A stretch of DNA of 56,938 nucleotides, counting the filler, from Dugesia japonica (taxonomy: Eukaryota): NCBI GenBank assembly GCA_001938525.1. It is 5 parts of 5 records of this genome, joined end to end, with 100 filler letters (N's around TTAATTAATTAA, not from the genome) between each part and the next. Parts side by side here need not be neighbours in the genome. Positions count along the whole stretch, not along the records: positions 38,230 to 47,800 come from MQRL01318960.1; positions 47,901 to 56,938 come from MQRL01479876.1; 3 more parts are not named here. One strand, written 5' to 3'. The translations under genes and the position numbers were made by a program. Shown one piece after another: positions 38,230 to 51,649 of the stretch. Within the stretch, counting starts at the first letter, position 1. Each line of letters begins with the position of its first letter. Below the pieces are notes generated by a model. The model was not told the origin of the DNA. It was given only the letters and a program-made list of their open reading frames with translations, and ran no database searches.

Positions 38230-40953
38230 CACCGGGAATTTTATTTTTGTCTAAGAAAAGTGAAATTAATAATTTTTTTAAAATTTATTAATTTCCATTA
38301 GTTTTAATTGATTTTCATAGAAATGCGGTAGAAAAGTCCATTTGGTTTGAATATTTCATTTTTTTTAATAATTCAAATTTTCATGGGAATCCGGCCCAAA
38401 TTTTTTAAATAATTTCAAAATCATTTACATGCTCAGATTTCTAAAACTTTAATACCAATCCGTTGAGAATTTGGTTCGGGTCATTTTTGGTTTTTTCCAT
38501 ATTTTAAATAGATTTTTTGAAAAAATAAAAAGTATCTCTAATTTGATCTTCAAGCCATCTAATGGGCTGCATCAGCCACGAACTTAAATAAACGTTAATT
38601 AAACTAATAAAATAAAGGAATTACAATGAAGCAAATATTCGAGGAAATTAAGTGCCGAAATATAATGAGAAAAAGAAGAGAAACAAATAAAAATAAATTA
38701 CCACTTAAAGAAATAATTGCTAAAAGAAAATGAATAATAATTAAAATATTGCTCGAAATGGATGGAAGAAATAATTGATAATGAAAGTATTGGACATGCA
38801 GAAATAATTAATAAAAAATAGTATATTGCTCAAAAAGAGAAAAGAATTATTGAAAAATAAATATAGATAAGAAAATAAAACGTATACTCCAGGAAATAAA
38901 TTGAAATAACAATAAAAAACAAAGAAGTTCAATTTTTATTATAAATTTTTTTAATTTTTAGTATTTAATATTTTACACTAGTTAAATAGATCTTAAATTA
39001 CTAAATCAAACTTTCAAACCAAATTGCTAAACCACTTTGTCGGCGGGGGTGTGTTTTAGTGCACCAATTTTTACAATTATTTTTATATTCAATTAGATTT
39101 TTAGATACAAAATAATTTTTAATAATTTTTTTTATTTTTTATATTACCATCCTAATATTTGTGTGTGTCTGTCGTTCGTTATTGTCATATACCTTTTCTC
39201 AATTCGGTTATGAGAGAGGCGATCGCCCCCATCGCTTCCACTGTGGATCCGTCCTTGCATACATCAAATAAAAAATATATCGAATAAATAAGAAATTTAA
39301 AATAAACTAGTGATATAATTACATATTACGTGAATTTTGATAAATGCTGAAACAATTAAAAACATTAGTGTATGGTATTTGCTAGTTTAGATAGTAATGT
39401 AAAGATTTATATAAATGTAAAATTTTAAAAAAATATAAAAATTGTACAATATGGATGTTGAGGATCAATAAGAGAAATTTGTTTATATATCAGGTCAAAA
39501 TTTGAAAGAGAGATAAAGAATGGAAAACAATTCAGAAATAGAATGGCAGCCCTTAAAATCAGAAAGAATCTTATATTGAAATCGTTCAGAATAATTAGGA
39601 TGTATATAATATGTTGTCAAAGAGTGATTGCAATACATGCACGCAGTGCATAATTCCTCGTAGAATGCAGTAGAAACTAGAAAGAAGCAAGAAACGTGGA
39701 TTGACGATAAGATAACGGTGGTAATACTAAAGATACAGTTTTTTGTGAAATAAAAAAGCTAAAACATCAGCACCATACATAAAGCACTTTTATAATAAGA
39801 AATACTTATGGAGTAAAATACAAGAGATAATCCTAATAATTGTGGCATGTCAAAGAGCTAAAGTTCTAACAAGAAAAACAAAAAAGGAAACAAAAAGGCC
39901 AGTAAGCTAAAGTAATCATTCATTATTCATCGATCTTTTTAGTTCAATGAAAAAGATAAGAAGTCCCAAAAGATACTCGGTATAATGAATTGATGCACAA
40001 TCATCATCATTTATCTTAAGTAAATTATTAAAAAGTCGAAAGTTGATAAAAGGAGATGCTGAATAATTTTATTTTATGCTTAACTTAACAGTATCGGTTT
40101 TATTCAATCTTGTTTCACTTAATTCAACTTTCTTGTAATCCTTATCAGCTGTCTATATCTCAAAAGTGTCGAAGTCTACAATAATGAGATGTCCCTTTTA
40201 AGTTGGATCCTAAAGATGGATTATGAGACATTACAATAAATCGTATATATTTGTTCTCTAAGAGCAATCAACCTCGTACCAAAACTTATATTCTCTTTCT
40301 GATTAAGTTATTCGTTTTTCATTGATCTTAAACAATTTCTATGACAAATTATGCAAATTTTATTCACTTAAAGAGTAAAAACACATTTTTATTTCGATTC
40401 GTATAAGATTTATAACTGATAACAAAGTAATCGTTTCTTTTTAACTATTATTACTTGTGGCAGGATTTTGAAATACCATAAAACTTTAATAAATAATCAA
40501 AACTACATGAAATAATATTATTATAATTTTAAAATTTAAATAATCAAAAAATAATAGCAACTTTTAAATAATTAGTTTTAAAGGCCATTTTAAAAAATAT
40601 TTTACAATTTTTGGCAAATTATCTGTCATTTTCAGATGCAATTTTTGATTAATTTAAAAGTTTATATTTAAATCTTGATTAAGTAATCAGTTGTACAATT
40701 TTTTCAACAAATGTAATTGATAATTGATGTTAGGAATTTATAAAGAAACTCCTATGTGTAAATTATCGAAATCATCATTTTTTTTAAATAATTTCAATAA
40801 ATATTATAATGATTATAGTTATATATCAGTTATAAATTGATATATAGTTTATTTTAATAATTTAGAAAATTATTAATATTATTTTAGTTGTAGAATTTTG
40901 TTTAATTATTATTAGTTTTGCAATTATTATTAAAATTTAATAAAAGAATATTT

Positions 40954-41740
40954 ATGGAAGAATCGTATGTTCTAACTGGCGACCAAGTTGCAGTGAACAC
41001 GATGGCAAAAATAGAAAAAGATGAACGACAAAAATGTTTTTCGAAATTATCATCTTCAACTCAGGAGTTACTTATTCCAAAGCTGAGTTTCTTTGATGGA
41101 CTATCAGATACAGCTAAAGGGTGGCTTCAAACAACAAGAATTCGCGTCGTTCAATCAGATGGAATTATCGTTTGCTTTTAATATGCTAATGCGCCAAGAT
41201 ACTAAGGAATTGTAGTTGGAAAAAACTAAAGAAGTTAATAAATTAACTAATAAAATTTGTGAACGTTGGTTTCAAGAATCATTCATTTTTCAGGAAACAT
41301 TGGTTGATAAAGTTTCAACCTTGTCAAAAATAATGTAGAAATCAAATGAAAAATATCAAAACTTGGAAATTAGATTTAAAAAGCTCGTCAATAAAGTATT
41401 TTCAAGTAAAAAGTCATTAAATGAAATAGCTACATTGTTTATAACTAATGGCATACGGAGCGAAAAGATGAAGGAATCATTTGTCCTCCAACCATAGTTA
41501 AGAGATATTCAATGAAGAGAATTCGATACTAAATTGGAAAACCTTATATCAGCACACTCTTTAAGTATGTTGGAAGAGAGTTATGCTTATATATTGAAAA
41601 AGAATATATATAAATTCAAATTTGGAAACAATCACCCAAATATAAGTGTTCAAATGGACACAAATATTAGAGACCGGCCAACTCGCTTTCAAGAAGATCC
41701 ACATTTCAAACAAAGCAAGTCGATACAAAGTCAAGGTTAG
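40954..41740 (+). pseudogene. Disrupted gag-like ORF
   Basis: IPKLSFFDGLSDTAKGW (P..F.G......W capsid-like pattern), later Q..NE....L..RF..L...VF and FITNGIR across stops. Homologous relic at ~15900-16100. Confidence 0.5.
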
Positions 41741-42133
41741 TACAATATTTTTCCGCAGTTTTCTTTGAATTATCTAGCAAATTAACTATATTGTAAGGTT
41801 AAAGGGACGATACCGCCGCGAAATGAAATCCTAAAAACAATTTATAGAAGATGGAAACTGTTTGATATAAGTGTTGGGGTTCCACCTGAATTGGTGATAC
41901 AAAAAAATGGCGGCTGAGAAAAAAACAGCCCTCAGAAACCCGTTCAAGAATTTAATCTTATTCAACACCTTCAACACTTATTTGAGGTGCACTCACGCAT
42001 ACCTTTAGTTTGGTTTCATTATTTTTCCTAATTTGACATTAATAAATCAATTGAGAATTCACTATTACAAGTATTTATTTAGCATGATTTACATAAATTT
42101 GAAGGCACCCGGGTATAACCACTGGGTAGGTTC

Positions 42134-42432
42134 CTAGTCTAAAAAGTTGAAGGTGGCTGTGTCGTCGTTGTCGTTCCAGCAAATCATCGCTTCATTACCA
42201 AATTGTCTGGATAGGTCGTCTATGTAACGCAGTAGGAAATCAATCTTATGTTGCAATAACTCGCCCTGTTTCCGTATTATGATATCCAACTTTTTTATTA
42301 ACCGGTTACGCTGCGTGAGATCCCTTAACAACAAAGCCCTTTCATTTTGGCGCTGGATATGTCTTTCCAACAATAATTTTTGAATCAAGAGATGGCAGCG
42401 GCGCAAGCTATTTGGCAGTTGAATTCGAGGCA
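42134..42432 (-). CDS. Terminal exon encoding a coiled-coil protein segment (unknown)
   Basis: Open 99-codon frame with higher GC than the background; TTTGTTTAG acceptor ending at 42433; AATAAA at 42079-42074. Confidence 0.5.
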
Positions 42433-42587
42433 CTAAACAAATATTATATATTTATATTAGAATATCAATCTATTCATGTTAATAATTAAGTAAAAGAAGA
42501 AATTTCTCTTTTAAGCAACAAAAACCAAAACAAAGTCATTGTCGAGTAGCATCACATTTATTTACCAATTCAACAGAACCTAAAAAG

Positions 42588-42946
42588 TCACGGACGTGAA
42601 GTTTGAGTGCCTTTGTCGATCATTAAAGGTTCCAAAAGCATAGCTTTTATTAGAATGAGGATGTCAGAAATCAGTTTATTTTCTCGGTCATGGAAGGACC
42701 AGATGATTTTTGCGAATGATTCAACCTGTTGCTTCCACAAACGCTCTTGAGCGTGTGAAGCCTCAACTTCCTTACGTAATGCGATACACTTAGCCTTGTA
42801 TCTTTTGGTTTTACTTTCGGCAGTGGAGGTATCGGCCACCCAACCACGCTTGGCGAGACAATAGAGCTCCCATGTCATTTCGGGATCCTCACTATTTTCT
42901 CTTATTTTTTTGGTGAGTGCAGTGGATCGGTTCAACGATGAGTGTA
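42588..42946 (-). CDS. Terminal exon encoding a coiled-coil protein with C-terminal KGTQT motif (unknown)
   Basis: Open ~119-codon frame with higher GC; TTCTCGTTTGTAG acceptor ending at 42947; AATAAA at 42562-42557. Confidence 0.5.
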
Positions 42947-43129
42947 CTACAAACGAGAATTACCATTATCAAATATCGAGAATAATAGATCAGTAAACAC
43001 TTATTATTTAAGAGATTATTACCCATTCTTAATGAAAAATACAAGTAAAGAATTAAAAATTAATTTAATTAATGGACTACAACAGTAAGTTTATTATCAC
43101 TAATTACATAATAACACCGAGCTAAACAA

Positions 43130-43245
43130 TCATGTAGAGTCGGAATTGATTGTTTCCTCCGAGTTCTCATTATTATTACCCTCACTTGTATTGCGTATAT
43201 CCCACAGGTGGTTCTGCACAAAGGTGAAGGTATTGGTAAACATAA
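43130..43245 (-). CDS. Short terminal exon/ORF (37 aa, MFTNTFTFVQNHLWDIRNTSEGNNNENSEETINSDST)
   Basis: TTCCCTCCTTAG acceptor ending at 43246, ATG at 43243, TGA at 43132-43130, AATAAA at 43095-43090. Confidence 0.35.
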
Positions 43246-45189
43246 CTAAGGAGGGAATTAAATTATTGCTCTTCATAATGTTGAAAGATGATAAATCAAC
43301 TCATTCTTTACTTTAGCTAAGAATGATTTGCTAAACCTAAATTAGTTCTTACCAAAACATGAGCATAAAGACCGCTGAACGGCGAGACAAATTATGACAA
43401 TTTACTCCTTGAGAACGAGATACTCCTATTGCGAAAATCATCTTCTTATTTTTCCTGCAACCGGAACAGAAAGTAATTCACTGTACGTGGTGATCTGATG
43501 TTTCGTCAAAAAATCATGTTATTCATTAGTGCCGCCTGAGTATCCATCAACTGATTCGACTTGTCAGGGTTTCACTGCTATAATGGTGTCATGAAGATGA
43601 TCAGACAGGACAAGAAAAGATGATCTGAGACGTATAAAAATTCCACTTCGACTCTGTTGACTCCATAAACTCGATGGGATTATAACAGAATTTACGTATG
43701 GAAATTCCTTTGTAAATACGGAGTTAGACTTAGTTTAAATAGTTCAAATAAAACAGGCACGATTCACCACGACGATGAACATATTTTTGCATAGTACGAT
43801 TAGAAGTAATTAATGACTTATGTGATTGATTCGACACGCACATTCAGATGACTCATATGCTCTGTATTGGAAGTCTGTACGTATATACCTACACATAGAT
43901 TATCGAATTGCTCTACTTTTTTAATCGTGATTTTAACAAAGATATAATGATTCGAAGTCAGCTTTGATAGTACTACTTTCTAGTGAGCGTAAATTGTCGC
44001 CTTACAAGAAACATTTAATTTAGCATTGTTTATGACACACACCCAGCCTAGATATTTCTGCCATTATCTAGACTAACTTTTGCAGATCAATCTAATTAAA
44101 TGAAAATAGACATTAGTCATTAAAACATTTCAATTTCATTTATAATTTATGATTCAAAATGTTGGTTAATAAAATAACTACTAAAATCAATTTTTAAACA
44201 TATTTATTTATAATGAATTAGTTCACATTATAACAACATGATATAGCAAATGTCACTTACTGATAAAATAAGGGTTTCTGCAAAGGATTTGTCTTCAAAG
44301 AAAATGAGAAACAATCCTGATAATTAATATTAATACAATTAATTCAATTACAATATTAATTCAATACAATATTAATTCAATGAACACCTTCTTGTCCGAT
44401 GTCCTCCTTTAGTTATAAAGATATCCTGGCACTATAAATTTGAAATAGACACTGATAAATTAATAAGCAGAATTGGTGAAATTAAGATTTCTAGTGTGAT
44501 GGTTTGAGGCCTACGTTTGTCTTATGAATTTGCTTAGGTTAAATTGCTGTAATCGAATATTGTTGTATTAACAAATCCCAGCAGTTATGAGTTTCTCGTT
44601 AAAAATTTGAAAATGAGTTTTTACGTTTAACTACTATGAAACATTTTCTTGTTTTTAGACTAAAATCATGAGGGTTTTATAGCATTTTCCTATGTATCTT
44701 GGCACCATCGTTATTGGCTTCTATTTTTAATTTAAAATTCTTGCTTCTCATTGGTGATGGTGCCAATTTTCAGATTTTTTCTAAGATTTTTAGAGCTTCT
44801 ATTCGTGTCTATTTTTAAGTCACCATGTGAATTTCTGGCCTTTGTTTTATTTTCTTTTTCTGGTCCCTTATTGGCCCATTCTTCCAACCCTTGTAGAAAC
44901 CCTCTTGATGATGATAAGATTTTCCGGTTGCGAAATCCTATTGCTCCTTGACATTTTCTTTTCAGATTTTCTTGCTACAGGTCCCTGTGATTCTCCTGAG
45001 TGAAGTTAATCGACCAAAACTGATTTTTTTCAATTTACTTTCAACATCAATATATTTAATTAGCATATTAACCCGTGGAACACTGTTGTCGAATTTTACT
45101 ATATGAATATTTCATTGTTTTTATACTTGTTTATATATTCTATTATCTTTTTATTCTTGAGTAATATAAAATGATCTATTACATTATCA

Positions 45190-45790
45190 TATTCATATTT
45201 AAAAATAGATTAAAATTCTACAATATTATTTATGAAGTAAAATAAGTCTTCGTGATTATCTTTATACTTTGTAAATATATTCATTACTTTTTCATCATCT
45301 TTATAATTGATAATGAAATTTATTAAGATATTTATAGATTCCTTTATTTTATAAAAAGTCGGAGTTTGAGTCTGACTGTCCGTCTGAGTCTGCGTGCTGT
45401 TGTAGAAACTCGGAGCCGGACTAGAATTGTTCAGAGTCTGTTTAGAGTTGTTTCGATGCGGCTTTTCAGATGCATTAAAAATATACGAGTTATTAAGACT
45501 CGGATATGAGTTATTAGAAAAATTAGATTGTTAATTAGAAGAATTAAATGGTTCATTTAGAACTTGACTAAATGTTGCTGTTGGATAATCATTTTGATTT
45601 AAAGATTGATTATTGATAATTAAATTATAATTATTTGTTAATTGTGTTTGAAACGAAGCAGGATTATTTAAACAATTAAGTTCTTCATCAGTAAATTTAA
45701 TTTTTCAATATCAATTAATAGTGTTTTATTATTTTCAAGATAATAAATAAAGGGTTCAATTCCTTCTTGAAAATATAATGATTTTAATAT
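45190..45790 (-). pseudogene. Disrupted Asn/Ser/Thr-rich ORF downstream of the decayed pPolB (probable element accessory gene)
   Basis: Reads LKSLYFQEGIEPFIYYLENN...FTDEELNCLNNP...SPAPSFYNSTQTQTDSQTQTPTFYKIKESIN... with a frameshift and a stop; same strand as the polymerase. Confidence 0.4.
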
Positions 45791-46069
45791 TATAATACTT
45801 GATTTTAAAAATTCAATATATAAATGAAATGTTGCTTTCTTCATTTGTACTCATGATTGTTGTGAATACGTTTCTAAGAATTGAGGAACAGTTGGATGAA
45901 CATTTATTTTCTAATAGGAGAACTATTTACATAATTTATATAGAAAATATAAAAATATTTTATTGTATTATGTATATGTTTAAAAGTATATTTCATTTGA
46001 GGCATTTTTATAAATTAAATTTTTTTATAAATAATTTCCATTGCAATATGAAGTGTTAATTATATTATT

Positions 46070-47731
46070 TTAATAAATTATTTTATGATCATAAGGATTT
46101 GAAGATACTTTATTTTGTTTTACTATATAAATATTATGTAATTTTGATTTAATATCATAATTAATATTATATTGTAAATTACGATTATTTATTGCGACTT
46201 TATAATTATTCATATGTATTTCCTTATCAAAAACACTTTTACTTGTCCCTTTATTTTTCTTTTTCTCACTATTATCCTCATTTATAAAACAATAAGATTT
46301 TGATTTTAAAGCACAAAATTCTTTCATTAATTTAACTCTTAATTCATCTGTAAAATAACCAATTAGTTTTTTATGCTTAGTTAAATCTTCAGGAGTTACT
46401 TATAATTCTCTTATAGCAGTACTATTTATATTATAATTACTGAAGTCAAATATTTCTTTTAAATTCTTTTCTCTTATTTCTTTAAATAAATCATTTGATT
46501 TAATTTTAAATACCCATGAATCCGTATCTGAATATATTGGTGTGATATCTAATTTAGGATTTAATTCTTCATAAAACGCTTTATACATATGTAACTGTGA
46601 TAATTCTAATATACCAAATCCAATGTAAATTGGTTTATTCATTTGTATTTGTTTCTTTGTAAAGTGACAAGCAAATAGATTTTAATCAAATTGTTTTAAA
46701 CTTTTGTTGGTTTAGAAGTTCTTGTTATAAATCTTTCTGTTGTATTAATTAATTCTGTTTTTTTTTAATCTTATATTCTCCATTGTTTTTTCCGAAGAAA
46801 CCATTATTCATTAATTTCCACAAATCCTTCTCAAAGTCAGTTTTAGCTGCAGTTCTTTATCTTGTATTATAATATATGTAATCTTTTAACCATGGTTTTT
46901 CTCTAAACCACGCTACTTCATGTATTTTTGTTACAACCATTCCTCTTTGAATATAGTATTCTAGATTACAACGTAATTTGTTTTTGTATTTAAATCTAAA
47001 ACTAATTTTTCTGTTTTAACAAACTTTTGTCCTGATTGATTTAATAAATTTATTTGATAATTAGATAATTCATTTATTTTTTATCTTTTTTTCTGGATAT
47101 TTCCTTTTAGTTAATTTTGCTACATCATCTTTATATTGTAAATGAACTGTAAAAGCACAAACTACATTAAACTCGTTATTATGTATTTTGTTTGCTGAAT
47201 TAAACATAAATGGTAATGCTTGCATTGAATTTCAATTCATGCAATCAATTACTTCTCTCACAGCTTGTTTAAAATTACTTTGAGGTAAAGGTTGACTCAT
47301 TGAATGTCCGTATAAATTATAATAGAAAATTGTATTCTAAATACTCTTTAAGCTTAATTATATTTTCTCCACACATTTTAGTTCATATTTAATATATTTT
47401 GAAATTCTATTTCATCGGGTTAAATATAATATTCAAAATCTCTATAAGTATATTTATTATTTGCTTTAACATATTGATCTTCTAGCACCGTCGGGATTCC
47501 TACTCTTATACCTCTTTCAAAGAATTCGAATAATTCCTGCGTTTGTAATAAATCTAATGTAATTCCTGTGTGTTTTAAACCTTTTTTCCATTTTAAAACA
47601 GAAGCTAAAACAAAATAAGTTGGATCTAATTAATTTATTGTACTAACTTTTTCTATTGCATCAGACATAATATATACGTCTTCTTTATTATATAAGATTG
47701 TGTAATCAAGGAAATTTCGACATCTAAAGTA
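46070..47731 (-). pseudogene. Decayed Polinton-type protein-primed DNA polymerase B (C-terminal half), intein-less allele
   Basis: NFLDYTILYNKEDV (ExoIII), FERGIRVG, NLYGHSMSQPLP (motif A), FEKDLWKLMNNGFFGKTMEN (motif B), NKPIYIGFGILELSQLHMY, YSDTDS (motif C, 46534-46517), EFCALKSKSY, KKKNKG; many stops and frameshifts. Confidence 0.92.
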
Positions 47732-47800
47732 GATAGATAGTAGCGGAAATAGCCAGCACACATTCAGCGAACCCCCCCCCCGCCGTGACGTAACGAAACG

Positions 47801-47900
47801 NNNNNNNNNNNNNNNNNNNNNNNNNNNNNNNNNNNNNNNNNNNNTTAATTAATTAANNNNNNNNNNNNNNNNNNNNNNNNNNNNNNNNNNNNNNNNNNNN
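47801..47900. other. Artificial contig linker
   Basis: N44-TTAATTAATTAA(47845-47856)-N44. Confidence 0.97.
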
Positions 47901-50900
47901 GAATAAATATTTGAATAAGTAACAATATATGTGACGATAACCCATCAGTTATATAATGAATGTCTACCCGGTGATGTTATTTTATTAGCAACAAAACCAA
48001 GTAACATGCATCAAGAACACTGTGGTCAAATATATAAATAACATAAAATTGTAGGAATTGATAAAATTGCAAATAAACTTACTACTATTGCAAAAATCCA
48101 TTTGAAATAATGTAAAATCTAATATTAAATTTTACTTTCACCTCACAATGACCTTATGTGAACTTATCGCAACTTGTTTTCAGTTTAAAGTACAAAAGGC
48201 ATTGGCCAAATCTTATAATCTACCATGAGCCAATGCTGAACATACACACTCACAAATACACACATAAATTCGACTAAAAACATCAATAGCAGCCCAGCAT
48301 AATCGAGAGAATGTATGTGTGTAAACAGCAGTTGCGTTTGTCCTCTCACTTCTGCAATGACAATGATTCATTACTAAACAGCTTATTCAACATTTACTGA
48401 AAATCAATAATTAAAATTATATAATAAAGTCAATAAAATAATTGTAAATCTAAAGTAGATTACAATAAATTTAGAGAATGAATGTCTACCCGGTGATGCA
48501 ATTTTAAAGTCGACATCAAACCGGCTGGACAATCATCGCTAATTTATGTTTAAAATTGCAAACTTCTTTGGTAGTATTCTAAAACGAAATAATTGTAAAA
48601 TAAGGAATTAGAGTGTTACATAAAAAAATAGTTAATTAGTTAAATAATAATATTTTAATTTGAAATTTAACGTATTAATATATTTTTAAAATACAAAGTT
48701 TATGTTTACTAGATATTTTTCTAACGCATTTCTAAATAAAAATTACGGGATTTATGAAAAATTAAAGCTAATTCAGTTCAAAAAATAAAATAAGAACATG
48801 AATTTGTATTGTTCCAAAACCTCAAATTTAATATAAATCTAAAAAAATAAATATGAGAAATTGTAGAAGTTTGTACGATGAAATATCAATATAGTTAGTA
48901 CTTGGTTTGCAATGCCTATAATGGTCGTTAAGAACAATTGTTATCATTCAAATACTTATTTTATAATTGTTATTTTACATGAGTTATTTGATGTTTTTAA
49001 AACCAAATCATACAGCTCTTAAATTTATTGTCGGCATATAGAATTTTGATTAAAGAATCAAAAAACTTAAAGTTTAATATAACAGAAAATTATTAGGTAT
49101 ATTATAAAGAAAAACATATACATCTTTTTCACAATTTAAGCAGCGTGAAAAACATTTTAACCCAAATATTTTCAAAAAGTATTAATAAAAATGAATAATT
49201 TATGGAATTCAATTATTTAGTTAAACTATTTTAATCTCTAAAAATATAGACAGGTTAAATTATATTTTATGTTATTTGTGTTTAAGGTAAAAAAACTGAC
49301 TAATAATATATAACTCATTAATTCACTTTACAACTACTTCAAAACTTTAAAGTTTAATCAAATAATTTTAACATATTAATACATTTTAATTGAATACACG
49401 ACAGGTTGTAGAATATAGAACACTTTTTGTCGATACTTCTAAAATTTATTGGAAATAATTTTTGCTTAATGTTATCAATTGAATCCACTATTTCATACAA
49501 GAAAATTTTAGGTTAAATAATGTCTTTGTTATAGTTTAGTGTTTAACAATGAAGATATTATGTGAATTATAGAAAATAAAACTAATGACGCGTTTCACTT
49601 ATCTTCAGTAATAAAATGATTAATTGGTTCTTCTCCTGGAAGAGGATTATCCTCTTCATCTAATCTAAATTTTATCTAGTTCCTGGTCTACTGTAATTGT
49701 GTTTGAATAAATGTCTCTTTCCTGGATACTTTTCCCATCTAAATGGTTTTAGAATTTTAGTTACAAATGAACAAGATTGAAGACCTTCTTCTTTATGAGA
49801 CGAGGAACTCTTATTCAACTTGTCTTCTTTAAATCCTTAACATGTTTTTAAATGTTTCACTCTATTCTTCATCAAGGGTATTTTTGAGCAATCTTCACAC
49901 TTGTATTTCTTCACCTTTTACTTCCTTCTTTCTTCTTACACGGTTTTAAATTTCTTGAGAAATTTTTCTTCAACATTAATTTATCACAGTTACGTTATTT
50001 TCACATTTTATCATGGTATATAATATCAGAGTTTATATGCAAGAATTGATATCAAAAGATTTATTTAAATTAATTAATCAATAATCCAGTGGTTTAAGAA
50101 ATGGAAATTCACAAAGTAAATAAATAAAAATATCCGAAATTAAATAATATTGACAATTTTTCTTACAGAATAATTATTTCATACAGAAACGGCAGATTAA
50201 AAACTAAATACGGACATCTAATGAATTCCTATTGAATGTAACAATAGATAATGATATTAATGGTTTCATAAAGTCGATCACGAAGTCTAAAAGCAAAGCC
50301 AGTGGAATTTAATTTTGAGATAAGTTTATTTAAAACAAAAATTGATTTTTTTTATAAATCGTCTAAATTCTTGACACAATATTTGTAATTATTTAAATAA
50401 ATAGGAAATAATATGGAAATTTTGAAAGCTCATTTCTTTAATTCCCATCTATATTAATATGAAAATAAACCCTGAAAATAATTATCACTTGTCAATATTT
50501 ATTCTAATAATTCTTCAAAGATTTTCTGTAAAAAAAAATATTAAGTGATTTGAGGAGTATTGAAAATGAAAGTATATTTTAAATATAAATAATTTAATAT
50601 ATCAACTTATTTAAAGAAATGAAACATGTGATTTAAAAATTGATATTACAATTATGATTAATCCTCAAACAGCTAACATGTCTCTAATAGTCACATTTCA
50701 GAATAAATTTGTTTATAACATACTTTTTAAATGCGGAAATTAATTTATTTTTNNNNNNNNNNNNNNNNNNNNNNNNNNNNNNNNNNNNNNNNNNNNNNNN
50801 NNNNNNNNNNNNNNNNNNNNNNNNNNNNNNNNNNNTTATTTTAGTATTTATGATGACATTTCAAAAAATACAAAAATCTTTCAGTTCGTTGAAAGTTAGT

Positions 50901-51265
50901 AAGTTTTTTTGCTATGATGAAATTCAATAATTTATTCATTCAATGAATTTTTATTCAAATTTAAAAACACAATTGTTTAAAATTTTTGCCAATTAAAACA
51001 TTTATTTAATAATTATTCTCTATATTTCTATTCTTTTGCTTTGACAAATATTTCTACAAAATATTTCAAATTTTAATTCTAAGTTTTTATTTCAAAATTT
51101 TCGACTATAAAATTTCCTTATTTGTGCATGTTAAATCGGTAATAAATTAAAATTACAATTTTAGATTTTGCTCTAATTTTTAGATAATAAAACATTGGTA
51201 TTATATTATTGATGTATTTTAAAACAATTTGTAATGCATGCATAATTTTTAAAATTATTCTACAT

Positions 51266-51649
51266 CAGAGTTGTCCAAATTCTGGCCCACGGTCTCTTCT
51301 AGAGAAATTTTTTAAAATTAATATTTATGTATCTATTGAGTTATTTTGAAAAAAATATATTTTAGTATGAAGTATCAGATATTCTTATACGTGTAATTTT
51401 AGTTTTGAATAATTCTTCATTCCATTCTGTTGTGTAGCATTAAAAAAACTAGCATTAAAAATAAAATCGATTTAAATTTTAAATCTATTTAAAATTTATT
51501 TTATTCTTATCTATATTTGTTATTATTTTTAAGCTGGTAGATTTCACGTCAATGTGCTTGTATAATAAGTATAAAGATAAATTTACACGTACGTGTGTTA
51601 TGTAGGGTAAGATAGTGGCTCACGAACCCTGAATGTTTGCACAATACTG
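51266..51649. mobile_element. Non-autonomous hAT-type MITE
   Basis: TIRs CAGAGTTGTCCAAA / TTTGCACAATACTG (11/14 complementary); 8-bp flanks TTCTACAT / CTCTATAT (6/8 identical), consistent with an aged hAT TSD. Confidence 0.6.
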
